DNA of 45,512 nucleotides, the filler included, from Jimgerdemannia flammicorona (Eukaryota), in assembly GCA_003990765.1 (NCBI GenBank). It is 2 parts of 2 records of this genome, joined end to end, with 100 filler letters (N's around TTAATTAATTAA, not from the genome) between each part and the next. Parts side by side here need not be neighbours in the genome. Positions count along the whole stretch, not along the records: positions 1 to 22,706 come from RBNJ01001222.1; positions 22,807 to 45,512 come from RBNJ01001223.1. The stretch is one strand, 5' to 3'. The translations under genes and the position numbers were made by a program. This document shows, piece after piece, positions 12,580 through 23,797 of this stretch (its first letter is position 1; every line of letters starts with the position of its first letter). The notes under the pieces were generated by a model. The model did not search any database. It saw only the letters and a list, made by a program, of their open reading frames with translations, and was not told the DNA's origin.

Positions 12580-14561
12580 TTTGAGTACTTAACTGGGAAG
12601 ATTTTGAAATCTGTATAAGAACTCTCAACTAAGAAATTTCAAAATTGACATGACTTTTTAGCTCACATAAATTCACAGTCAAGCTGGATACATTTAATAC
12701 AACACTAATCTCTACCACTACAGGAGAACCAGTTATTACTAGTATTTGGACAGAAAGAGAAGTAATTACTTCAAGACTTGCCAACTATCTACTATTAGAA
12801 GAATCTCAACAGGAAGTCAGTACAGCACAGAATCCTTAATCAGTACTAATATATTTACTATCAGACCAACCAGATTAACTAGATTATACAGACAGTCCTG
12901 CCAGAGTCGTTAACAAGCTTGCACAACAACTTGAGAACCTTATTGCATAAATTCAATTTCCTGCAGAAGCTGTACCAATCTTGCCCATTGAACCTCTACT
13001 ACTAGCTATTATAGAACAAGAAGAACTAAGAGTAGCCTCTTCAAGAATGCCCAGATCCACTGTATCTCACCCAAGGTCTATAATATCATCTTTAAAACAC
13101 TCAAGTATTCTGAACTCCAGTAATAACTCAGAAGGAGACTCTGAACCAAAATCTGAATCTGAACCAGAATTAGAATCAGAAGACAGTGATAATTAAATGG
13201 CCACCCTATTGCCAACCTTTACAGGATATCTAAAAGAAGACCTGAGAGAATTCCTTGATAGAATCTGTCAACTATAAGGCCCAACTCAGAGAGCCAGCTA
13301 AGGGAACTTTCACCTAAGCAAGAAATGATATGTATTCAGACCTTAGAGCAGTCATTAATGCAGCACCAACCTGGCTAGTAGAGTATGAAGCCATGGCCCA
13401 CCAGCTCATTGAGAAGTATATAGAAAATGAGACCTACTACAAGATATAAGAATCTATCATAGAAATGAAGATAAATCTTAGGGAATCAACTAGGGCATTC
13501 TTTATAAGAATCCAAAAGTGAATGCATGCAGCTGGGTTCAATATCACTAACTAAGACATTATAGACCTAATGATCTTTAAGAATTGGATTCCTCTGAACA
13601 TTATCTAGCATATCTGTATTCTAGATATCAGAAGATCCAAAGAGCAAGTAGATACAGTCTAAGGATTTTTTGATATCAGATAATAGACTACCTGGAGTGA
13701 TTATGATAAGAAGGATGACAAGGAGGACATCTTGGTCAAAGCCCTACAAGGACTTCTCCAAGGACAGAAAAGATCCAAAGAAAGAAAGCCAGCCAAAGAA
13801 TGGAAGAAGAAATGAAAAGAAATCCAAGACCTTAACTCCAAACTAGACCAATTGGTTGGACCAATTGAAAAACTCACTATATATAAAAATTGAAGTTACC
13901 CACAAGACAACAGAGGATATATATCACAAAGAAACCAAGGTTACCCATCCAGAGATGATAGGAGCTACCAGTAAGAAGAAAGAAGATACTCTGTCCAAAA
14001 TAGAGCTCAAGTTCAATACTTCTATTCTAGACAATTCAGACACTATGTTACTGAATGTGATAACAAAAGAAGTAACTGAAGAGACTCAGAACCACTAAAT
14101 CAAAGGAATGAAACCCAGTACAAGAAGACTGAAGCCCATCCTATTGAAGACCTTAAAGAAGAAAGCAATAATAAAGACTATATGCTATAGACTTATATCC
14201 AGCCAACGTCATTACTAGAAAAATAATCTATCCAGTAGAGAAAAGGAAGAGATCTATAGGAAGGCCATCCAGGAATACCAGCAGAAGAATTATCTAAAAA
14301 GAAGGTAAGGAATATGAAGAAGAATAAGAAGAAATACCTTCTCAGTCTCCCTCACCTTTTGTTTCTGAAATAAATGAACTACTCCTAGAAGATGAAGAAA
14401 TAGAGCAAGAAAAATAAGAGCCTACTGCCCCAAAGCCCAAGAAGAAGTACATCCTGAAAATTATACCTCAAGACATCTATAATGAGGCCTGACAAAAGAT
14501 TCAAAAAGCCAAGATAGAAGTTTCTCTCTTATAGTTCTTATAACTGACACTAGCTGGAGTC

Positions 14562-15707
14562 AGTCCCTTTCTCCACTACCTTACTGGTCACAAGATTTGG
14601 TAGGTGACCTTCTGAGTCTCCTTTCCCCTATTATTACCCCCTCTACCTCAGGTTGGTTAGCTGTATCTATAAGGGCATAGTGGGAGGAGGGCAATAGTGA
14701 TGAGTTGCCCTTTTGTTGGTGTCCAATTGGTGTTTTCTTTACTTTTTTGCAGATTCTCTTGCCTTCAGCTATATCTGGGGTATACCTGTTTTGGTGTGGC
14801 ACCTTCTTCCTTTTACTATCACCAACAAGGTACTGTCTCAGTGCATCATGGGTTATATAGGGAGTCAGCCAACCTTGGATATTAAGTGCCCAGTGTAGGT
14901 TATCTGCAGGTCCTTGGTACCTGTGGTGGGGCCCTCTGGCTTTGACAAGCTTTCTGGTGAGCATGGTTCTGACATAGGTGACTGTTTTTTGGGTGTTGTC
15001 AGGATGGGAGAGGAGATGGCTACCACAGATAGGAGGAAGGGCAATAATGCTGGGGGCAGTCATCGGGGCTGGGACAGGTGCTGCTTTGGTGGGGCCTTTT
15101 GATTAGTGTGGTACAGTTAGGTAGTAAGTGACACTCTTGGCTTCTTTTGGTGATTTGGTGAGTTGGGCCCCAGTCATTGGGGGAGGTCGGGGGGCCTGAG
15201 GCTACCTATTTCAGACATCTTGGTTGCACTTAACTGGAACTGAGAGCTGATATGGCAATGTGATCAAGGCCTGCAGGCTTGAGTAGTTGGGTATTGGGAG
15301 TCTCCTCCCACCTCATATGTAAGTCCTCTACTCATCTCATCTGGGAGAACCAGACCCTACCTACTATGTTGTGCTTTGATGAGGGTTTTTTCTTTACCTG
15401 TCATTCTCTTTGGGGTGGCAGGGGCTATTCTATTTGGCTCAGGCATGGCCTTGTACATATTTTGGGGTTTTGGGCATGTGCTTTTGGTCATTAGCATATG
15501 GCTGAGTTCTCCCTGATGGTAGAGAGAGTATGGTGTATAGAATGAGATGTAGGCCAACATAGGCCCTGCTCTACCTGGCATGGTTGAGCTGCTGGACAAT
15601 AGCTAGCCTAAGTTAATAGGGGGGCAGTGCTTGATGGGTAGTGGGGGAGGGTTTTGGCCTATATAGTCTAGGTTCTCTTCCAATAAAAATCTGCAGGACT
15701 TTGAGTC

Positions 15708-15753
<46 letters not shown>
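14562..15753 (+). mobile_element. 5'-truncated LINE-like insertion in element B
   Basis: Perfect 16-bp TSD GACACTAGCTGGAGTC at 14546-14561 and 15754-15769, AATAAA at ~15682, ~42-nt poly(A) at 15712-15753. G/T-rich composition unlike the host element. Confidence 0.85.
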
Positions 15754-15755
<2 letters not shown>

Positions 15756-17489
15756 CACTAGCTGGAGTCTGAAACAAATTTTTGAGGACTATAAGAACCA
15801 GCCCCAATTACAATTCAAGCTGTAGAGAGATATATCAGCACCTATTTATATAGAGATATTAGAGGACAAAAAGTGAAGATTCTTATTGATACAGAAGTAG
15901 CTGTCTATATAATTGCCAAATGATTTCTGGATACACTCTAATGGCCTATTGATGGACTATTCAACCTCAGTATCATAGTAGCAGATGGAGCCTGAACTCA
16001 ACCCCTTGGAGAAGTATGAAATCTCACTATCTCTCTGAGATATATTCAGTTTTCTATCCTGAAAGCTATTATCATCAAAGCTATCACCTATAACATAATT
16101 CTTGATACCAACTGAATGAAGGAAATGAATGCAGTTGTTGATATTGGTCATCAAGTTCTCAAATTTAATTATTAAGGAAAAAAGTATAGAATTAAGATGA
16201 TTAGTTATAAGCAATCAAAGAAAAAGAAGAAGATCACTATTCAGGAGGAGTATACTAGTAGTAAAGAATCTACTACTGAAGAAGAAGAAGAATCTAAAGA
16301 TAGAAATGATCCCAAACTTAGTCTATGACTCAATCTAGTAAATGACAGGCCAGAAGATAATGTGTGGACCAGGAATACCATTCCTATTACTATTGGAGCT
16401 ATTACAGGATAAATCAAAGGATATTCCACTTGTCTCAAAAGACACAAGTATCCTGAGCACTTCTCTAGAATTATTGGAACAAGGAATTTACCTGACACAG
16501 TCTGTCTTGAGTGCAGAAAAAGGAATAAAAAATATAGATATATTTTGAAGACACCCATAGCTGAAGCTATAGAGGTATATGTAATTTGGAGTCAAGAATT
16601 ATCTAAAGAGGAAGAAATCTCTGAACAAGAGATTCCTGAACAGGAGGAGCCCCCTGAACTCATTCTCTGAGATGACCATAACTGGATACTATCTGATGAT
16701 AATAACTCTTAGAATATTGAGAAAGGACTAAGTATTATTACCATTGTCCCAAAATAAGAAATATATCAAGAAAGAGCCTTTTAGCTAGGAAGATGTCCAC
16801 ATCAAATTGTCTTCTACTCTCTCTGAGACTACTGCTATTAGTATCACCTACTAGATTAATAAGAAAGACAGAGACCCTGCAGATCCAAAATTCCAACTAT
16901 AATTATATAGATAACTATCTTCCAAGAAGTTACTACAAGATTACAAAGCTGAGCTAGAGGACTAGGCCTCTTCACCTGAACAGAAATATACCCCTTGGCC
17001 ACTCTTTCTCCAATCTATGACTAAGATGGATACTGATTCCCAAAACAATAAGAAATTAATAACTAAGAATAATATTTTTGATCAATGAGATATTGCAATC
17101 ATAGAAGACACCCAGACTGCTGAGACTGCTGATACCAGAAGATTCACTTTAACCAGGATTTTGTAATTTACACATTAAAGAGAGGAGATAATAGAACTCA
17201 GATTCAAAAAAGCCAGGCCAAGAAATCAGAAAGAAGAACCCTCAAGATCTATAATTTGAAAGAAGATATCCTAACTCTTATCAGATATGCAACTCACTGA
17301 GAATGGGTAGAAGATACCACCAACTTCATGGAAGCCCTAGACCTTATAGAAAAAAGAAGAACCAACTATCTCCAAGATCTCTCTACAGGAGTCAGATGGC
17401 CACACCTTAATCTTAGAGTCTGAAGACTTACTGCTAATAAAGCTTTAGCCCAAGGACAATCTGAACTCAGCAAGAATATTACCCAGTAC

Positions 17490-17890
17490 ATTCTGTTATA
17501 TCCTAAGGCCAAACTCCTGACCAAAGTTTACCAGAAAGATATAGAGTATAATCTCTATAGTTTGGAAGATGAATCTATCAAATCTGGAAAAATACTGATA
17601 TTCAGAATGAGACTAACTATATAGCCACCTAAAGGAACTTATATTCAGCTGACCTCAAGGTCTGGACTTGCTAGATAAGGAGTAACTGTAGAAGGAGGAA
17701 CCATTGACCTAAGATATATAGGTGAAATCAAAGTCAACTTGCATAACAGTAGTATAGAATAGTACTAAATTCTTAGAAAACAAAAGATTGTTCAAGCAGT
17801 CTTCATGAAATTCAAGACCCCCCAATTACAAGAAGTTTCCAAACTAACTAAAGGAATAAGGCAAACTAAAGAATTTGAAAGCTCAGATAA
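17490..17890 (+). pseudogene. dUTPase domain of element B
   Basis: Degenerate motifs: D(I/A)(E/G)Y(N/D)LYS, SRSGLAR, VEGGTID(L/P)RY(I/T)GEIKV, KIVQAVF, RQTK(E/G)F(E/G)SSD. Confidence 0.9.
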
Positions 17891-20742
17891 GAAAGAAGTA
17901 TATCTCCTCCAGATCAACCACCTTAAGAAGAATACCCTCTAATAAATGTATTATCAATCAGTTAAACTATATAAGAACCTCATCTTAAAACCAGAAGAGC
18001 AGACTATCTTGGAAATCTTTGTACCATCTGACCCCCAAAATCTCTTCTTTAAACTCAATAAAGATATCAATAACCTAGATATTGAGAGATACACATTCTC
18101 TGACAAGATAGATCCTGTGCGCTCCTGAGCAATTAACCAGAGCTGGGAAAGTATTATCTTGCTGAAAGGAATCATTATAGAACATCTAGTATCCTATCTC
18201 AATTAAACTTACAGAGAAGTTTATGAATTAAACTTATTAGAAAATGGCAAAAGGTTTCAGAAGAAAGGAAAGACCAACCCAGGAGACAGTAAAGCCTTCT
18301 ACCAATATTGGAGAAGAATTGACACCTCAGCAATGACAACAACTAGTAGAACTCCTTCATAAATATTAAGATATCTTCATTACTGATTATGGTAATCTGC
18401 CATATAACCCATCATATCACCACAGTATAAATATAGAAAATGCAACACCCATCTAGCAGAAACCCTATAGAATATCTCACTACCTAAATATATTCAAAAA
18501 AGAACACATATAGGAACTCTTAGACAATGGAGTCAACTGATCCTCCACCAGTCTCTGGGCCAGTCCTATACTTATTATACTAAAGAAAGGAAGATGGAGA
18601 CTCTGTATAGATTACAGGAAGCTCAACTCAGTCACTGAAAAGGATGCTTATCCTTTGCTCAGAATTGATGATCTCTTGAACCAGTTATAAGATACCAGAT
18701 ACTTCAGCAGTATGGACCTTTTTACAGAATTTTATAAGATCATTATAGACCCTAAAGACATTCAGAAGACAGTCTTTCTTACTCTAGGAAAACTATTCAA
18801 ATATCTCCAAATACTCTTTAGACTTTTCAATATACTTCCCACCTTCCAAAAAATGATGAATTTAGTCTATGATCTGCTGATCCACCACTGTCTAATTGTA
18901 ACATAGATGACTCTAACATCTATTCAGCAAATTTTGAAGAATATCTACATCATCTACAAGAATTCTTCAAGCTCACCCATAAGAATCACCTGAGACTTAA
19001 TGCTAAGAAATGTTACTTTGGAAAGCAGAAACTCAAATTCCTTAAATTTAGAAGGAATCCATGCAGACCCAAAGAAAACTGAAAAAGTCAACAACTAGCC
19101 AGTACTCAAGACCTCAAAGGAAACATTATTATTCTTAATATTGGTATTCTACTATAGATGGTTTATTAAGAACTTTGCCCAAATTACCACCTCAATCCAA
19201 ACTCTTCTCAAGAAAGAGATATCTTATAAATGGATAGAATCACAAGAGAGAGTCTTCAAAGAACTTAAGTACCACATGACTACAATACCTATTCTTGTTT
19301 AGCCCAATCTACAGAAGCCATTCATCTTATATATAGATATCTCCAAAGATGGCCTTAGAGCAGTTCTAGCTTAAGAAGAACCTGACCAATAATATCATAT
19401 AATAGCTTATACAAGCTGAGCTAACAATCAGCAGCAGATTAACTATAGTAGCATCAAATTGTAATACCTTACAGTCATATGAGTAGTTACCCTGTTCAAA
19501 CATTATTTCATTGAAAAAAATTCACCCTAATAACTAATCATACTGCTCTCAAATAGCTATTCAATTATAAGAAACCTACTGGAATTCTTGCCTGCTGAAT
19601 TCTCATCTTATAAGATTACAAAATTACCATTATTCACAAAGCAGAGAAAGCTCCCAATAATATTGATATACTTTTCCACTAATCTTAATGAATCAGAAAA
19701 AGAGTGTACTGAGGAACTATACCCTAAAGGAAGCTTCTCTGACTATTAAAGCACAAGAAGATCTCATTCAGAAAGTACATCAGAAAGCCTACCAAGAACA
19801 GACAAACATAGAAGAAAAGCTATGAACAATATACCAACATTGGTCCAATCTCAGAACATAAGTCCAGAATATACTCAAGAAGTGTAACATCTGTCAAAAG
19901 TATCAAAAAAAGAAGAATCACCAAGTACTACTACAACCAATTGTACCACTAGACAATATCCTTTAGAGATGGAGAGTAGACATTATTGGACCCCTACTGA
20001 TTATACCAAAAACAAATATATTATAGTATTTGTAGAATATCTGACCAAATGGTCTGAAGCTTTCTCAATGGAAATTACTGATAAATTGACCATTGTTGGC
20101 CTCCTTCATAGACTCACACTCAGATATAGACTCTCAGAAGAACTCATCTCTAACCAAGATACAGAATTCATCAACAACATAACCACAAGTTATGTCTGAA
20201 TTCACAAGATCTATCTCAAACAAACCACATCATACTATCTCCAGACCAATGGTATAACTGAATGAATAAATCAAACCATCAAGAAAGAACTTGCTCAAGT
20301 CAATTCTACCAACTGAGACCTCTGCTTACCTGAGATCCTATGGGAAATTTGGAATACCCCTACTGCTTTTACTAAACAAAATCTATTTGAAATAATGTTT
20401 GCTAAAAAAAAAAACTAGAACTGCTGACTATGAGAACCTTAAGAAGGCAGAACAATTATGTAATCAAGCCTGAGTTTAGATTATCAAGGCCCAGAAAAGA
20501 CAAAAGAAGTACTATAATTGAAAACAGAAGAATCAGATGTTCAAGATTGGAGATCAAGTACTAGTTTGAAGAAGTATGATCAAAATAAACTTTGCTGCTA
20601 AACTAGAGCCCAAATAGAAAGAATCTTATCTTATACACAATATCAGAGAAACTAGCATCTATTTAAGAAGTATGGATAGATGAACCCTGAGAACATTAGT
20701 ATATATCAACTGCCTCAATCAAGATATATCTCCCACTATACT

Positions 20743-21240
20743 ATGAATCAGAGTATTGACCAGTATCTTCAGACCCTCATCCTCAGTCCTCTGTAGTCTC
20801 TGTCTGTTCCCATGCCCATTTTCTGCCAACCCCAAGGAACTCTAGATAGACAAATTCAATAGTACCTTGAAACCCTTGCTATAGCCCAGAGATTGCTATA
20901 AATCCATCAGTTACAAGCTTACTACTCTATTGATCAAACCCTCTAAGACCTCATATATATAAGAAGGCCTGTGTATTTAAACCACTGAAATGATATAGCT
21001 GCCAAGAGAATCTATGTACTCTACAGACATAATATGGAAGTACTCACCCAAGTACAGTTTCATCTTAATTATATCTAAAAGATAAATAAAGCTATCTTTC
21101 AAAGTATACTACAATAAGTAGAGTTCCTGTTTTTGAAGTCAAAACAACTAGACTCAGATCTCAAATAGAGTGACCCTGACTCCAATATAGATAATAGTAC
21201 AGGTATTGATGCAGAAGATACCTATATCTATGGAATGATG
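20743..21240 (+). pseudogene. Degenerate accessory ORF3 of element B (after integrase, before PPT)
   Basis: ATG at 20743; single frame MNQSIDQYLQTLIL...LQAYYSI(D/G)QTL...IAAKRIYVLYRHNMEVL..., interrupted only by stops consistent with C>T/G>A changes. Confidence 0.6.
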
Positions 21241-21285
21241 ACTAAAGGATAGTCCAAGTACAGACCATTCTTTAGTGGGGGCTGA

Positions 21286-22495
21286 TGTGATGAGCAATAT
21301 AAGTATAACTTAATGATGTAATCTCTACATATCATAGTTATCTAGTTGCTGTAGAAACTATATAAATAGGCCAAACCAAATGAACCCTGAAGATACTGTA
21401 CCTTAAGGGTACAGAGGAAGTCACACACCATATTTAGCCATATTGTGCATTCTATAATTATCCAGATAGCAACTGAGATAGTAACTATAATGTATAAAAT
21501 ACCCCAGAGACAAGAGTGAATAAACCTCAGTCTGAAAAGTTCAAAAGCAAAAGACAAGTCTGCCTACTACACTTTGAGAAGAACTCTAAAGCCACTACTA
21601 GGAGATTGTGAACTTACTTTCCACTCCAGTCCACTTTCCAATACAAAGCTTTGAAGAGAAATCCACTGCTTAAGGAATAAGCCACTACATTTTGGTTTGC
21701 TTGCCAGATAAGTCTGAAGAATGTGAGAAGTCCCTCTTGCCACAAGTCAGTTTTAGATGCAATTTCGCAGTGAACTTGTTCATGCAAATGAAGCCAGTCT
21801 TGATGCAACTTTGCCAAGAGTAGAATCTGCCATTTCCCAGAGAGCCCGCTATAGGAAGCTTGCCACCAAGCCAGTCTTCTGGTGCAACTTCACAGTGGAG
21901 CCAGTCCTTCAATGTAACTCTGTGCAAATGAAGCCAGTCTTTGATGTAACTTGCCAAGAATTCCCACCATCTGAGTTATCCGAGTTATCCGAATTATCCG
22001 CCCGAGTTATCCGAATTATCTGCCATCCGAGTTATTTTCAAGAGAGTCTGCCGATTCAGGACAAATCGAGTTATCAGCCAAATCTGCATAAAGGCATACC
22101 GTCAAGATCATCATGCCAGAAATTGCATACTTTTGGAGATCATCGCACTACACAGAGATCGTCGCGCTACACAGAGATCGTCGCGCTACACAGAGATCGT
22201 CGCGCTACACAGAGATCGTCGCGCTACACAGAGACCGTCATGCAGAAATCGTAGAAGGAAATTGCTCGCGCCCCACACACAAATTGCCGCTACACCCAAA
22301 GAACCATCCCAATAAGGAAATCGCATACAAATCGACCGCCATATCCAGATTTGACTATTATACTACTAAACACCAACACCAACAAGGAATCTTAGAACAT
22401 TTTGTTGCTTTTTAACAAAGTAACTGGGGGCTCAAGCCAAACTACACCAACCCCCCAACCTTGTAATTTGCCTCCATTGAGCCGGGCACATTACA
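21286..22495 (+). repeat. 3' LTR of element B
   Basis: TGTGATG...CATTACA, TATAAATA at 21361, AATAAA at ~21519, preceded by the PPT. Confidence 0.9.
22136..22239 (+). repeat. 19-bp tandem repeat (GAGATCGTCGCGCTACACA) x5 plus a partial unit, inside the LTR
   Basis: Directly visible. Only about 2 degenerate units are present in the 5' LTR (~12277-12322). Confidence 0.95.
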
Positions 22496-22706
22496 ATAAA
22501 TATGTACTTTTATAATATATATAGTTGTGAACGTAGTTCAAAATGCAGCAAAGTGGCCATTGCGCTTAACACTTGTGCGTCTAACATTCATCGCGCAATG
22601 CAACTACCATCTTAGATTAGTCAGTTTCAATCGCTTCCTGCACCCTACCATGCGCTTAAACATTCATGCAACGTAATCATGCAATCCACCATCTTAGCTT
22701 AGTCAG

Positions 22707-22806
22707 NNNNNNNNNNNNNNNNNNNNNNNNNNNNNNNNNNNNNNNNNNNNTTAATTAATTAANNNNNNNNNNNNNNNNNNNNNNNNNNNNNNNNNNNNNN
22801 NNNNNN
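22707..22806. other. Artificial assembly spacer (44 N + TTAATTAATTAA + 44 N)
   Basis: Exactly 100 bp with a central linker giving stops in all six frames. Confidence 0.95.
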
Positions 22807-23090
22807 AAATAAGGCGCATTATCCCCCTCCCCCCCCCCATGCCGAGTAATTACCACAAAATCGCTATCGCTGCCGGTCGTTACATGCCGAGCGATTGCAA
22901 GCAGCCAATGCCGAAAGGTGACGTGGTTTGTGTGGCATTTATGTAAGCATTAAAATACGGTGCCATGAAATATCGTTTGCAATAGCAGGGGTTGCAGATC
23001 CACTGGAATAAAAAGAACCCCATACTCCGTCATAGCCGGGTTGCGCGCACTTTTTGTGCACTTCTGCGTGGCTTGGAGGTATATACGTAG

Positions 23091-23176
23091 GGAGTACATA
23101 ATTCTACGAGGCCTGGAGTACAAAGCTTGGAGTACATAAATCCACGAGGCTTGGAGCACATAACTCTACGAGGCTT
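23091..23176 (+). repeat. ~24-bp minisatellite GGAGTACATAA(T/A/C)TC(T/C)ACGAGGC(C/T)T, 3 full units plus 1 truncated
   Basis: Units start at 23091, 23115 (short), 23129 and 23153. Confidence 0.8.
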
Positions 23177-23281
23177 GGTCTGTTTTCAACAAACAATACG
23201 ATACCAAGCAATAAAATTTCTTTTTAGGTGTGCTTTGAGATCCCAAATGTCCGAGTGTTGGATGATCGAATATCGCTGGAT

Positions 23282-23282
<1 letters not shown>

Positions 23283-23330
<48 letters not shown>

Positions 23331-23340
23331 TATATTCTTT

Positions 23341-23374
<34 letters not shown>
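23283..23374. repeat. Poly(T) tracts
   Basis: Two long T homopolymers separated by GTATATTC. Confidence 0.9.
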
Positions 23375-23375
<1 letters not shown>

Positions 23376-23797
23376 TTTCTTCTCAAAGAGAAATCCTCGC
23401 ATTAGCTTATTGACGTCTTGTTCTCAGAAAAGCATGTGTTGCCTGGAATATTCAACTTAGCATCTAGAAAAGCAAGAAATCATACCGTGCGCTCAAAAAG
23501 AATAGAGAATAAATATCTCATAAAAAAGTGTGAAAACGAAGACATATGCTATATATTTATATTAAGTGAAAATAACAAATCGAGTGAATCATGTCGAGTA
23601 ATGAGGAAAAGAGTGAGGAATTTCCGGACGCACCCGACAAGTAACAAAGAAAGGAAGCAAGTTAAACAAACCGCTAAATGATAGGCTACAATCACCAAAC
23701 GCACCCATAAACCCTCTTTTTTTTAAAAAAAATAAAATAAAATAAAATGTCCATTTCAGCATACCCCCCCTTCCACCACTAGGGCTTCCTCCCCCTC

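Larger units (their letters stand above)
12650..20730 (+). pseudogene. gag-pol of element B
   Basis: LPTFTGY..EDLREFLD at ~13210, degenerate CCHC knuckle ~14015-14060, KILIDT(E/G) protease ~15875-15897, RT WRLC(I)DYRKLN ~18594-18627 and IDD ~18903, RNase H ~19320-19690, integrase with KLEPK(W)K(G)(P)Y ~20600-20630. Confidence 0.9.
3380..22495 (+). mobile_element. Full-length degenerate Ty3/Gypsy LTR retrotransposon B (with nested insertions)
   Basis: Direct LTR pair (3380-3426 plus 11390-12579, and 21286-22495). TG start at 3380 and 21286, CA end at 22495, PPT AGTGGGGGCTGA at 21274-21285, gag-PR-dUTPase-RT-RH-IN order, flanks ATAG/ATAA. Confidence 0.9.

Noticed and set aside
22136..22239. 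CRISPR-like array (also considered for 28777-28857 and 23091-23176)
   Set aside because: Contiguous tandem repeats without unique spacers, in a eukaryotic context with no cas genes.
21614..22415. ORFs within the 3' LTR of B
   Set aside because: Open mainly because of tandem repeats; translations are repetitive with no domain signal.
22707..22806. Functional linkage between the TE cluster and the LOTUS-like array based on proximity; PacI-like palindrome
   Set aside because: The join is an artificial N/TTAATTAATTAA spacer, so adjacency is not demonstrated and the 12-mer is not genomic.
23127..23413. Poly-Phe/poly-Lys ORFs
   Set aside because: Artefacts of T homopolymers.
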